Positions 29,733-39,372 of a stretch of DNA of 64,000 bases are shown here, in pieces. A model generated the notes under the pieces. The model worked only from the letters and a program-made list of their open reading frames with translations. It made no database searches and was not told the origin of the DNA. A program made the translations under genes and the position numbers. Source of the DNA: an uncultured Actinomycetes bacterium (GTDB lineage Bacteria > Actinomycetota > UBA4738 > HRBIN12); contig CAWHTI010000012.1 in assembly GCA_963832225.1 (NCBI GenBank), positions 690,692-754,691 of the forward strand, given 5' to 3'. How positions within the stretch are numbered: the stretch's first letter is position 1; each line of letters opens with the position of its first letter.

Positions 29733-31898
29733 ATGGAGCTCGATCCCGCGGCGTCGGCGATCATGCGAGGATCGGCGGAGGGAGTCCGAGCCATGGAACA
29801 GCCAGCGACAGCTTCCCGCCGCGAGGGCGTCATCGACGTCTCCGACCGGCACGGACGCTTCCGGCGCCCGACCGGAGCGCCGCCGCCACTACCCAAGAAG
29901 ATCGGCGCCACCGGTGTCGCCCGACTGGCCGTGGTCGTGCTCGTCGTCATCCCGGCCTGCATCTGGCTGCACTACGATCCTGTGCCGTTGGACCGGTTCG
30001 ATGCCGCGATCACCCGTGCGGTGGTCTCACTGCGTGTTGGGTGGCTCGACACGCTGGCCCGATCCGTCAATGCCGCCGCCTCGCGGTACGGGCTCGCGCT
30101 CCTCAGCGTGCTGACGGTGGTGGCCGTTGCCGCGTTCCGTCGGTGGCGGCACCTCACCCTCTTCTTCATCGGCGTGGCGCTCGTGGGACTCTCAGCGGAA
30201 GTGCTGTTGCTACTCGCGGCGCGGCCGCGCCCGTTCGATGTGACGATCATCGGGGCGTGGGAGGGCTTCTCGGCCCCCTCGATCCCCATGACGGGTCTCG
30301 CGGTCGTGGTCGTCGGCATCGCGTACATGCTCGTGATCCCTGGCCGCCCCCGGATGGTCGCCAAGTGCATCGGTCCGGTCGTGCTGATCCTGGCCGCCCT
30401 CCTCCGCGTGTACCTCGGGATCGACCACTTCACCGACGCGATGTTCGGGGTGATCCTCGGCGTCTCGATCCCGGTCGCCCTCTTCCGCGCGTACGCGCCG
30501 AACGACATCTACCCGGTGCGATACGGCCCACAGGGCAAGGCGGCCCACCTCGACGTGTCCGGCGCGCGTGGCGAGGCGATCAGGGTCGCCATGAAGGAGC
30601 AGCTCGGCTACGAGGTCCTGACCATGAAGCCGGTCGGGCTCGAGGGCTCGGGCGGCTCCACGCCCCTGAAGATGCGGGTCGTCGACGATCAGGGCGTCGA
30701 GCGGTCGGTCTTCGCGAAGCTGTACGCGAAGAGCCATGTGCGGGCGGACCGCTGGTACAAGCTCGGGCGCACGATGCTCTACGGCCGCCTCGAGGACGAG
30801 ACCCCCTTCAGCACGGTCCGCCGCTTCGTGGAGTACGAGGACTACACCCTGCGACTCCTCGGCGAGAAGGGCTTCTCGACGCCCGAGCCGCTCGACATCG
30901 TCGAGATCACGCCCGAGCGCGAGTACCTGATCGCGATGGAGTTCTTCGAGGACGCGGTCGAGATCAGCGAGGTCGAGGTCGACGAGCAGATCATCGACGA
31001 CGGATTGCAGCTGATCCGCCGGATGTGGGACGTCGGGCTGTCCCACCGCGATATCAAGCCGGCGAACCTGATGGTGCAGGACGGGAGGCTGCGCCTGATC
31101 GACGTGTTCTTCGTGCAGGTACGTCCATCGCCGTGGCGCCAGGCGGTCGACCTCGGCAACATGATGCTGGTGCTCGCCCTGCGCTCGAACCCGGAGGTCG
31201 TCTACGAGCGGGCCCTCGCCAATTTCACACCCGAGGAGCTGTCCGAGGCGTTCGCCGCGACCCGGGGCGTGGCCAGCCCCACGCAGCTGCGGACATCGTT
31301 GAAGGCGGACGGACGCGGCCTGCTGGAGACGTTCCGGGAGCTCGCACCGTCCCGTAAGCCCATCGGGATCCAGCGGTGGAGTGTCCGCCGCGTGGTGTTG
31401 ATCCTCTGTACGACGCTGTTGCTGTGCCTGGCCGTGCTGACGGGCATCGCGCTGTTCATCCCCTCGCGCGGCGACGTGTGGAACGCCACGTGCGGCACGG
31501 GCCGCACGATGCAGCTGATGGCGCAGGCGGTCCCGACGGCGGCGAAGCTGCCGTGCATCGGCGACCTCCCGCTCGGTTGGGGCACGGAGCAGGCGACGGT
31601 TGCCCGAGGCAGGGCGACCTTCACCGTGGGGATCGGGTCGGACCTGGTGAGCCCGGTCACCGTGACGTTGGTGGAGACCTGTCCGCCGGACAGCGCGCTC
31701 CAGTCGATCCCGATCGAGGGTGGATGTGTCACCTACCAGGTGCCGCCAGTGACCGAGGCCGGGTCGGTGCCGTCGTTCGACCACGGGGGAGGCCTCGCGT
31801 TCATCGACCGGGATGTGCTCGTCGCCGCAGTCGAGCAGGACGAGGATCTCGTGCTCTGCGGCGCGCACGCTCCGTGCGCCCCGGCACCCGCACGATGA
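29733..31898 (+). CDS. PAP2-like membrane phosphatase domain fused to protein-kinase-like domain, C-terminal TM and Cys-containing extracytoplasmic domain
   Basis: 6 TM N-terminus with PAP2-like motif 3 (RVYLGIDHFTD) but degenerate motif 2 (PSIP instead of PSGH); kinase-like Gly loop GLEGSGGS, VFAKLY lysine, catalytic loop HRDIKPANLM, IDVFF; TM (VVLILCTTLLLCLAVLTGIALF) then domain with 6 Cys; 721 aa intact; true start may be ATG at 29793. Confidence 0.7.
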   Translation: MELDPAASAIMRGSAEGVRAMEQPATASRREGVIDVSDRHGRFRRPTGAPPPLPKKIGATGVARLAVVVLVVIPACIWLHYDPVPLDRFDAAITRAVVSLRVGWLDTLARSVNAAASRYGLALLSVLTVVAVAAFRRWRHLTLFFIGVALVGLSAEVLLLLAARPRPFDVTIIGAWEGFSAPSIPMTGLAVVVVGIAYMLVIPGRPRMVAKCIGPVVLILAALLRVYLGIDHFTDAMFGVILGVSIPVALFRAYAPNDIYPVRYGPQGKAAHLDVSGARGEAIRVAMKEQLGYEVLTMKPVGLEGSGGSTPLKMRVVDDQGVERSVFAKLYAKSHVRADRWYKLGRTMLYGRLEDETPFSTVRRFVEYEDYTLRLLGEKGFSTPEPLDIVEITPEREYLIAMEFFEDAVEISEVEVDEQIIDDGLQLIRRMWDVGLSHRDIKPANLMVQDGRLRLIDVFFVQVRPSPWRQAVDLGNMMLVLALRSNPEVVYERALANFTPEELSEAFAATRGVASPTQLRTSLKADGRGLLETFRELAPSRKPIGIQRWSVRRVVLILCTTLLLCLAVLTGIALFIPSRGDVWNATCGTGRTMQLMAQAVPTAAKLPCIGDLPLGWGTEQATVARGRATFTVGIGSDLVSPVTVTLVETCPPDSALQSIPIEGGCVTYQVPPVTEAGSVPSFDHGGGLAFIDRDVLVAAVEQDEDLVLCGAHAPCAPAPAR

Positions 31899-31943
31899 CA
31901 AAGCTCGTTGAGCTCCGCCAGCAATGAGCAGGGATCGCGTGCG

Positions 31944-32525
31944 TCACCTCACCGGTTCGAATCGAAGATGGGTCGCTCCCGGCGTCTCGATCGAACTCGT
32001 CCTCCTCAGCTCGATCCGTCCGGGGCCGAGACCCTCGAAGAGTCTGGTGCCGCGGCCGAACAGGACGGGGATGAGGTGGAGCTGCATCTCGTCCAGCAGT
32101 CCCGCCTTCAGATACTCCCTGATGATGTTCGCTCCGCCCCAGATGCCCACGTCCCTCTCGCCGGCGGCGGCACGAGCCAGTTTGAGGGCGGCCCCGATCC
32201 CATCCCTCACGAAGGTGTAGGTCGTACCGCCCTGCATGGGCAGGGGGTCTCGCTCCTTGTGCGTCACGATGAACACCGGCATCCCGAACGGGGGAGGATC
32301 GCCCCACGGCTCGAACCCGACGTCGAACATCCGCTTCCCGATCAGGACCGCCCCGGTCGAGGCATAGATCTCGTCCACGATCGCGGCATCGGTCTCGGTC
32401 TTCGCATCGAACCGCCAATCGTGAAGGCGATCACCATCGTCCCCCATCCCGTTGCCGACCCGCACGTTCGGTCCGCTGATGAACCCGTCCAGCGACATCG
32501 AGATCTCGCATGTGACCTTACCCAT
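31944..32525 (-). CDS. dihydrofolate reductase-family protein (RibD C-terminal reductase domain family)
   Basis: MGKVTCEISMSLDGFISGP ... GAVLIGKRMF ... WGGANIIREYLKAGLLDEMQLHLIPVLFGRG typical of bacterial RibD-C/DHFR-like family. Confidence 0.75.
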   Translation of the reverse strand: MGKVTCEISMSLDGFISGPNVRVGNGMGDDGDRLHDWRFDAKTETDAAIVDEIYASTGAVLIGKRMFDVGFEPWGDPPPFGMPVFIVTHKERDPLPMQGGTTYTFVRDGIGAALKLARAAAGERDVGIWGGANIIREYLKAGLLDEMQLHLIPVLFGRGTRLFEGLGPGRIELRRTSSIETPGATHLRFEPVR

Positions 32526-32565
32526 CACGGCCCTCCTCAACGGATCGTCCGTGAGAGGGTAGACC

Positions 32566-33534
32566 TCAACTCGCCGCGGCCGGACCCCAGTCGATGAACC
32601 GCGGTCTGAGCGACGAGAACGGCAAGACTGTGTGCTCATCGTGGCCGTTGGGGCGAACGATCATCAATGCGCTCTGGTCCCCATGCTCGAGCCGGTAGGT
32701 GATCCACTTGCCGTTCGGCGAGTAGCCGCCGGCGAGGGCGAGCCGATCGGGCCTGCGCAGATGTGTCAGGTATCGCAGGCCGGTCCCGTCGGGCCGGATC
32801 GTGAGGACGTTCGCCGGGTGATCGGGGTTGCCCGCGTTGTCACTCATCACGAGCCGGGAGCCATCCGGCGCCCAGTCGTGCTTGAACGTGATGCCCCACA
32901 AGGTGGGCGTCACCTGTCGGGCGTCGCCCCCGTCGATGCTCACCGCGAACAGCGCCGTCAGGTCACCGGGCGTGAACGACAGGAACGTGACGGTCTGTCC
33001 GTCGGGTGACACCTCGGCGGTTGCTGCGCCCGCCGGACCTGTCCCCAGGAGACGCCGTCCGGTGCCGTCGCGGTTCATGATCCAGACCGTCTCTTCGTCC
33101 GCGATCGGGTCGTACCGCGAGAACACCAAATGCTCACCGTCGGGAGTAAACGCCGGATCGGTCTCGCAGCCGCCGGGGGTCTGTGACGGGATGATGTGCC
33201 GGTGGGTCCCGTTCGCGCGGATCAGCGCGATCGCGCACTCGTTGCGGGAGAAGGCCAGCCACCGTCCATCGGGGGACCAGTCGGGAGTCGAGGCTTCACC
33301 GGGGCCATGCGTGATCTGCTGCAGATGGAGACCGTTGCGTCGGACCGTGAAGAGCTGGATGCCGTCGTCGGTCTCAGCGCTGAACGCGATCAGCCCGTTC
33401 TCGGCGGGGAACGCGGCATGGGCCGGCATCTGGCTCACCAGCAGTGAGACCACGACCATCCCGACCGCCAAGCTGAACGTGATCAGGATCGACTGCATCA
33501 ACCGAAGTGTGCCGCCGCTACGTGACGCCCCCAT
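32566..33534 (-). CDS. secreted TolB-like PD40 beta-propeller protein
   Basis: GGAGG RBS; signal peptide; repeated PD40 units (DWSPDGRWLAFS, FTPDGEHLVFS, VSPDGQTVTF, WAPDGSRLV, YSPNGKWITY). Confidence 0.7.
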   Translation of the reverse strand: MGASRSGGTLRLMQSILITFSLAVGMVVVSLLVSQMPAHAAFPAENGLIAFSAETDDGIQLFTVRRNGLHLQQITHGPGEASTPDWSPDGRWLAFSRNECAIALIRANGTHRHIIPSQTPGGCETDPAFTPDGEHLVFSRYDPIADEETVWIMNRDGTGRRLLGTGPAGAATAEVSPDGQTVTFLSFTPGDLTALFAVSIDGGDARQVTPTLWGITFKHDWAPDGSRLVMSDNAGNPDHPANVLTIRPDGTGLRYLTHLRRPDRLALAGGYSPNGKWITYRLEHGDQSALMIVRPNGHDEHTVLPFSSLRPRFIDWGPAAAS

Positions 33535-33798
33535 GGGAGGACCCCCTTTTCCCCGCCCGGTGTGATCGGCGGATCGTGAAGCTCCCGAGGTGCGGGCGGC
33601 CGAGGGGCGCTCCTGCTTGAGTTGCACGCTAGACCGGTCGGCGCATCGGGTCAACGGGACCTTCCGGGTCCCGGGAAGGTGATCCGGCGGCCGTGGCAAC
33701 GCACTGGTGATGTTCGACGGTGAGGAGGTACCGCGTGTCGTCGTCGCACGCCGCCTGAGGCTGGCCCACGGTATGGCGCCAGATCGGGCGGGCTCGCG

Positions 33799-34701
33799 TC
33801 AGGGCAGCACGAGGACGCGTTGGACCGGCGGGAGCCCGGAGGCGAGCTCGTTCCAGGAGGCGCCCTCGTCGGTCGAATCGTAGAGGTGCCCGTCGGAGGT
33901 GCCGAACGAGGCGAGGGTTCCGTCGGGCAGTGCGTCCAGACAGTAGGTGTCGATGTTGTCGTGGAACCACTCGGGGAGCCCGGCGCGGCAGCGCTCGAAC
34001 GTGCCCCCGGAGAGGTCGCCCCGATACACGGCGGCCCAGCCGCCGCGAGGTCCGTTCGAGGCGGACATGAGGACACTTCCACCGCAGACCGCGACGGCTC
34101 GCGAGTAGCGGGCCTCGAGGCCATCGGTCCGGTACGCCCAGGTGGCACCTCGATCGGTACTCACCGCGAGCCCGCCCGCACATGCCGCGAGCACCATCCC
34201 CGCTGCGGTCGTGACGTGATGGACGTCGGCGTCGACGTCGATCGTGGGTGTCCACGTCCCGCCCTCATCGTCGCTCCGAAGGATCCCGCCGACGTGGACG
34301 TTGACGTAGATCTCGTCTTCCCAGTTCGCCATGGAGCGGGTGTCGGGCGGTCCGCCCCAAGGGGTGTGCCAGATCTCGCGGCCGCTCGTGTGGTTGAACG
34401 CGTCGACCGGTTCGAGCGCCTCGCCGTCGAGCCGGAACAACCGCGCCTCCGACGAACCCACGAAGACGTCGGCACCGATACCGGTGACACAGGTGGCCCG
34501 AAGGGCGTCGAGATCCGTGACGTGGGACCAGTCGCCGCCGGTCGCGTGCCAGAGCTCGGACGCGTCGACGATCTCCCAGAGCTCCGTGCCTGCGCGTCCG
34601 AGCGCCGTCACGGACCGACCGACGTGGTCCTTCCCTCGCAGCTGGCCGTCATCGTCGAACGTGTGCATGCCGTTTCGTGTCGCCACGAGGATCGTTGGCA
34701 T
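33799..34701 (-). CDS. BNR/Asp-box-like beta-propeller hypothetical protein
   Basis: 300-aa intact ORF with Asp-box-like motifs (SDDEGGTW, STDRGATW, STDEGASW). Confidence 0.5.
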   Translation of the reverse strand: MPTILVATRNGMHTFDDDGQLRGKDHVGRSVTALGRAGTELWEIVDASELWHATGGDWSHVTDLDALRATCVTGIGADVFVGSSEARLFRLDGEALEPVDAFNHTSGREIWHTPWGGPPDTRSMANWEDEIYVNVHVGGILRSDDEGGTWTPTIDVDADVHHVTTAAGMVLAACAGGLAVSTDRGATWAYRTDGLEARYSRAVAVCGGSVLMSASNGPRGGWAAVYRGDLSGGTFERCRAGLPEWFHDNIDTYCLDALPDGTLASFGTSDGHLYDSTDEGASWNELASGLPPVQRVLVLP

Positions 34702-34843
34702 GGTCCCATGCTCTCACCTCCACGGAATCGCCCTCGAGCGGCCCAGGTGTTGTCTCAGCAGCGTCAGCCTGTCGGGTGGGAACGACAAGGCAATGAAGAG
34801 GCTCGACGCGCCGAGCGCGTGGCCGGCCTTTCGCTACACGTCC

Positions 34844-35428
34844 TCAGGGCTCGCGGACGAATGGCGCGCTTGTGTAGAGCGCAGTCGTGTACAGGAGGTG
34901 CGTCTTGAGGTTCTCGGACGTTCCCGTCTCCTTCTGATGCACGAGCTCGAGCGACAGCGTGTCGTTGGAGAGCGTCGCGTCGAACACGTACGCATCTCCC
35001 AGATCCGGGAGTGACAGGCGTAGCTGCCCGTCGGCGAACGCGTAGGTGCCGGACTCATCGACCGCAAGGGGGAAGTGCACATCTTCTCTCGAATGGCTGA
35101 AGTCGGAGGAGTCGAACTGGAGCTCGAAGGTGATCTCTGGAGGAGATCGTTGATCCTTGATCCACCCGTCGACAGCATGCTCATCCAGCTCGGCAGCCAG
35201 CATCGCGGCACGGATGTCCTCGATCGGGACCGGCCCAGTTGACCAGACGCCCTCCAAGGATTCTGCCTCGACCGAGGTGGAGGCGCTCCCACTCTGCGCC
35301 GGGGATGTGGCCCCTTCCGTCCGCGTCGAGGAGTCGCACGACGCCGACCCCATCAACACGAATACGATGAGCGCCACGGGGCCGAGGGCGCTGCGCATTG
35401 GTCCCGACATCCTCACAAGCTCGATCAT
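34844..35428 (-). CDS. lipoprotein, unknown function
   Basis: Signal peptide with lipobox (LIVFVLMGSASC); 194 aa. Confidence 0.5.
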   Translation of the reverse strand: MIELVRMSGPMRSALGPVALIVFVLMGSASCDSSTRTEGATSPAQSGSASTSVEAESLEGVWSTGPVPIEDIRAAMLAAELDEHAVDGWIKDQRSPPEITFELQFDSSDFSHSREDVHFPLAVDESGTYAFADGQLRLSLPDLGDAYVFDATLSNDTLSLELVHQKETGTSENLKTHLLYTTALYTSAPFVREP

Positions 35429-35609
35429 GGACCCTGCCCGATTTGCCGTCGAACCGCCTCAAGAGAGATACCGCACGCATTGACCGTTCCACCACGGGTG
35501 GTTACGTTCACGACCTGCTTGCTGGGTGATTTCGTGACGCCCTGCCGTCGGAGCGAGGGGTGGTAGCCGCCGCACGAGGATCGTCCCGAGACGAGAGGGC
35601 GGAGGCGCG

Positions 35610-36851
35610 ATGTTTCGGATGCGACATGCGACTCGGATGACCGGGGAGAACACGTACCAACCAGGAGGTCTGGCGAGCACCGCTGTTGCCGCGACGACCG
35701 CGTTGCTGGCGGCGGGCCTGCTCCTGTGGCCGGCGGATGCAGCTCGAGCCGCGACACCCACGTGCTCCGGTCGGGCCGCGACCATCGTGGGCACCTCCGG
35801 AGACGACAACCCTCTGCCCGGGACGTCCGGGGACGACGTCATCGTCGGACGGGGAGGAGACGACGTGATCCGAGGAGGCGGTGGCAACGACCTCATCTGT
35901 GGCAAGGGCGGCGCGGACACGCTCAGCGGCGACGCTGGGGACGATGACCTCCTCGGGGGGGTCGGTGAGGACGTTGCGGACTATTCACAGTCGTATTTCC
36001 CATCGACGGCCGACGGGGTGAACGTCAACCTCGGCACGGGGCAGGCGACGGGCGAGGGAACCGACCAGCTGACCGGCATCGAGGGCGTGAACGGCTCCGA
36101 CTACGGCAGCGACATCCTCACCGCGAGCGACGCGGGCTCGACGTTGGACGGAGGCTTCGAGGCCGACACCCTCATCGGCGGCGCGTCGGCAGACGTCCTC
36201 CGTTCGGGTGCGACCGACGCCGAGCCCGATACGGTGGAGGGAAGGGGTGGCGACGACACGCTCGATCTCGGCGACCAGGATGTGCTCTCGTATGCCCACG
36301 CTCCGAGTGCCGTCCACGTCGATCTCGGTCTGTCGACGGTGAGCGGCGGCGACGGCGCCGACGTCCTCATGGGTTCGCCCCACTACGTCATCGGATCCAG
36401 GTACGGCGACGACATCTTCGGCGACGAGAACGGAAACATCCTCGTCGGCGGTCCCGGACGCGACACGATGGACGGCGAAGGCTATTACGACACGCTCTAC
36501 CCGGGCCGCGGCGACGATACGCTTGACGGTGGTCCTGGATCGGACACCGTGGTCTACGGCGACGGGACGGCGACGGCGGGCGTGACGGTCGATCTCAAGC
36601 TCGACTCAGTGCTCGGTGGTTCAGGCAACGACATCGTGAGCAGTATCGACGCCGTCGTCGGCACGGAGTTCGACGATGTCATCAAGGGCGGCGGCCATTC
36701 CAACTTCCTGTCCGGACTCGCGGGTGATGACAGGTTGAGGGGCCGGAGAGGGACTGACTTCCTGAACGGCGGTGAGGGGAACGACCGGGTGATCGGCGGA
36801 AACGGATTCGATAGTTGCGAGGGCGAGTTCACCCTCTCTTGCGAATCCTGA
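35610..36851 (+). CDS. secreted calcium-binding protein with hemolysin-type (RTX) GGxGxD repeats
   Basis: Signal peptide; more than 12 nonapeptide repeats (GTSGDDVIVG, GRGGDDVIRG, GGGNDLICG, GKGGADTLSG, GGPGSDTVVYG ...); 413 aa. Confidence 0.7.
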   Translation: MFRMRHATRMTGENTYQPGGLASTAVAATTALLAAGLLLWPADAARAATPTCSGRAATIVGTSGDDNPLPGTSGDDVIVGRGGDDVIRGGGGNDLICGKGGADTLSGDAGDDDLLGGVGEDVADYSQSYFPSTADGVNVNLGTGQATGEGTDQLTGIEGVNGSDYGSDILTASDAGSTLDGGFEADTLIGGASADVLRSGATDAEPDTVEGRGGDDTLDLGDQDVLSYAHAPSAVHVDLGLSTVSGGDGADVLMGSPHYVIGSRYGDDIFGDENGNILVGGPGRDTMDGEGYYDTLYPGRGDDTLDGGPGSDTVVYGDGTATAGVTVDLKLDSVLGGSGNDIVSSIDAVVGTEFDDVIKGGGHSNFLSGLAGDDRLRGRRGTDFLNGGEGNDRVIGGNGFDSCEGEFTLSCES

Positions 36852-36924
36852 GTCGCCTGCCGACGGTGACCCCGAATGTCAGACGATGGGCGGCCGCAGG
36901 GGTCGTTCGGATGGTGAGCGCTTC

Positions 36925-38292
36925 ATGATCGAGATGCCCGAGACGCGGTACGTGAAGACCGCAGACGGCACCCGGCTGGCCTACCAGGTCTTCGGCAGCG
37001 GCAAGCGAGACATCCTCTACCTGCCCGGACACATCGGGCATGTGGAAGTGCATTGGGAGGACCCGCTCTACGCAGCGTTCCTTCGGGGTCTCGGGTCGTT
37101 CGCGCGGGTCATCGCCGTCGACCGACGCGGTCAGGGATTGTCCGATCGGCTGTCTCCGGGGGACCTGCCGCCGCCCGAGGTCCTGGTCGACGACGTCGTT
37201 AGCGTGATGGCAGAGATCCGATCCCACGACACGGTGGTGCTGGGTCACGACGAGGGCGCACAGATCGGTGTCTTGCTCGCGGCGAGCCACCCGGACGCGG
37301 TGCGCGGCCTGATCCTCTACGGGAGCTCACCGAGCGGCGCGTGGTCGCCGGCGACGCCCTGGGGTGATACCGAGGAGGAATGGATGTCGTGGTTGGCGTG
37401 GGTCATCCCCAGGTGGGGCAGCATGGAGAGCGCCATCGTGGACGTCCAGGAGGCCGCCCCGGAGCGTGTCGGCGACGAGGCGTTCACCCGCTGGGTCGCG
37501 AAGCTGTACCGCTATGGCGTGAGTCCCAACGCCGCCTCCGCTCTGTATCAGCTGGCGCTCGGACTCGACGTCACTGATGTGCTGCCGGCCGTGAGGGTGC
37601 CGACGATGGTGGCGCACCGGACGGGCGACCGGATGACGCCGATGGAGGCCGGTCGATTCATGGCCGCACGGATCCCCGAGGCCAGGTTCGTCGAACTCCC
37701 CGGCGAGGATCATTTCCCGAACGGTCCCTCGTGGGAGGCACTCGTGGACACGATCCGCGGCTTCGTCGACGGATCGCAGGACCGGCCGACGGACAGCCGG
37801 CGGTTGGCCACCGTGCTGTTCACCGACGTCGTGGGATCGACTGCGCGCTCCGCCGAGCTCGGCGACGCCGCGTGGAAGGTGATGCTCGAGTCCCACCACT
37901 CAGCCGTGAGAAGGGAGCTCGAGCTCCACGGTGGCCACGAGCTCAGCACCGCGGGAGACGGCTTCTTCGCGACGTTCGGGGGACCTGCGGCGGCTGCGGA
38001 GTGCGCTCGCGCGATCGCCGACGCCGTGAGACGGATCGGGCTCGAGATCCGGGCGGGGGTCCACACCGGCGAGGTCGAGACGATCGACGGCGAGGTGGGT
38101 GGCATCGCCGTGACGATCGGCGCCCGGATCGGCGCGTTGGCCGGGCCGTCGGAGGTGCTCGTCTCCTCGACCGTGAAGGACCTGACCATGGGATCGAGAC
38201 TCACGTTCGAGGACGCGGGCCGGCATCAGTTGAAGGGGGTGCCAGGCCGCTGGCGTCTCTTCAAGGTTGCGGAGCCTTCTTTGGAGACGTGA
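36925..38292 (+). CDS. alpha/beta-hydrolase-fold / adenylate cyclase (CHD) fusion protein (second LipJ-like paralog)
   Basis: Hydrolase region (VDRRGQGLSD, LGHDEGAQIGV); CHD (VLFTDVVGSTARS, GDGFFATFGGP, IRAGVHTGEVE, GIAVTIGARIGALAGPSEVLVS). Confidence 0.8.
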   Translation: MIEMPETRYVKTADGTRLAYQVFGSGKRDILYLPGHIGHVEVHWEDPLYAAFLRGLGSFARVIAVDRRGQGLSDRLSPGDLPPPEVLVDDVVSVMAEIRSHDTVVLGHDEGAQIGVLLAASHPDAVRGLILYGSSPSGAWSPATPWGDTEEEWMSWLAWVIPRWGSMESAIVDVQEAAPERVGDEAFTRWVAKLYRYGVSPNAASALYQLALGLDVTDVLPAVRVPTMVAHRTGDRMTPMEAGRFMAARIPEARFVELPGEDHFPNGPSWEALVDTIRGFVDGSQDRPTDSRRLATVLFTDVVGSTARSAELGDAAWKVMLESHHSAVRRELELHGGHELSTAGDGFFATFGGPAAAAECARAIADAVRRIGLEIRAGVHTGEVETIDGEVGGIAVTIGARIGALAGPSEVLVSSTVKDLTMGSRLTFEDAGRHQLKGVPGRWRLFKVAEPSLET

Positions 38293-38331
38293 CCTCAGTT
38301 CGCGTGCAGAGCGAAGGCTGAACAACGAGGT

Positions 38332-38367
38332 ATGTACCTTGACTGGTACGTACCGAACAGGGTACAT
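38332..38367. promoter_or_regulatory. candidate ArsR/SmtB operator: nested inverted repeats ATGTACC-n6-GGTACGTACC-n6-GGTACAT, 9 bp upstream of the ArsR start codon
   Basis: Read directly: atgtacc ttgact ggtacgtacc gaacag ggtacat; the inner 10-mer is a perfect palindrome and the outer 7-mers are perfect reverse complements. Confidence 0.4.
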
Positions 38368-38375
38368 TCGGTGGC

Positions 38376-38702
38376 ATGGACGCCGTGATGCACGCGTTGT
38401 CGGACGCCAGCCGACGCACCGTGCTGGAGGCGCTCGGTCAGGGTGAGGCAACCGCGGGTCAGTTGGCGACCTTGCTGCCGATCGCGCGCCCCGGTGTCTC
38501 CCGCCACCTGCGTGTGCTCCGCGAGGCGGGGCTGGTCGAGGTGCGTCGGGAGGCGCAACGGCGCGTGTACAGCCTGCGGCCCGAGCCACTCGCAGAGCTC
38601 GACGACTGGCTGGGGCGCTACCGCTCGCTGTGGGAAGCACGACTCGGCGCCCTGCACACCGAGGTCGCCCGAGGGAACCGACGACGAAGGAGCACGACAT
38701 GA
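38376..38702 (+). CDS. ArsR/SmtB-family transcriptional regulator
   Basis: HTH motif ATAGQLATLLPIARPGVSRHLRVLREAGLV; 108 aa; stop overlaps start of downstream SRPBCC gene. Confidence 0.85.
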   Translation: MDAVMHALSDASRRTVLEALGQGEATAGQLATLLPIARPGVSRHLRVLREAGLVEVRREAQRRVYSLRPEPLAELDDWLGRYRSLWEARLGALHTEVARGNRRRRSTT

Positions 38703-39214
38703 TGTCCGATCGAACCGGATCCATCGACCTCGTGGGCTCCCTCCGAACCGCCGATGGCAAGGCCGTGGTCCGCATGGAGGATCGCTACCGGACGGACGTC
38801 GACGACCTGTGGTCGGCGCTCACCGATCCGGAGCGGCTGGCACGCTGGGTCGCTCGGGTGGACGGCGATCTCCGGGTGGGCGGCGCGTTCCACGCCAGCT
38901 TCACGAGTGGCTGGGAGGGCCCGGGACGGGTGGATGCGTGCGAGCCGCCACGGCGGCTCCTGCTCACCCTGTCTCCCGGCGAAGACGATCAGACCGAGAT
39001 CGAGGTCGAGCTCGCCCCCGACGGTGACCTGACCCGACTGGTGATCGAGGAGCGCGGCCTGCCGCTCGACGAGGGTGCGGACCACGGTGCGGGATGGCAG
39101 GCCCACGTCGAGGATCTCGGGTCCTACCTCGCCGGCCGGCCGACGGCCGAGTGGCACACGCGATGGACCGAGCTGATCCCGGCGTACCGCGAGCAGCAGT
39201 GTCCTCTTGGATGA
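38699..39214 (+). CDS. SRPBCC-superfamily protein (Aha1/activator-of-Hsp90-ATPase-like)
   Basis: Typical ArsR-Aha1 operon partner; 171 aa (MMSDRTGSIDLVGS...WSALTDPERLARWV...). Confidence 0.7.
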   Translation: MMSDRTGSIDLVGSLRTADGKAVVRMEDRYRTDVDDLWSALTDPERLARWVARVDGDLRVGGAFHASFTSGWEGPGRVDACEPPRRLLLTLSPGEDDQTEIEVELAPDGDLTRLVIEERGLPLDEGADHGAGWQAHVEDLGSYLAGRPTAEWHTRWTELIPAYREQQCPLG

Positions 39215-39372
39215 CGAAGATCGTCGTCGCCCGCCGACGTGCCGTTCGTGTCAGGTCGTGCGGTACGCCACGGTTGCGTAGTCGAGGCGGGTCGTCGCCC
39301 ATTCCAGCCCAGGACACGACGCAGCCAGGTAGAGCAGTGCCCGCAAGGGGAGCCTTGTCTCGGTGGACGAGC

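Noticed and set aside
30210-31901. 563-aa minus-strand ORF
   Set aside because: Antisense to the intact PAP2-kinase gene. Shadow ORF.
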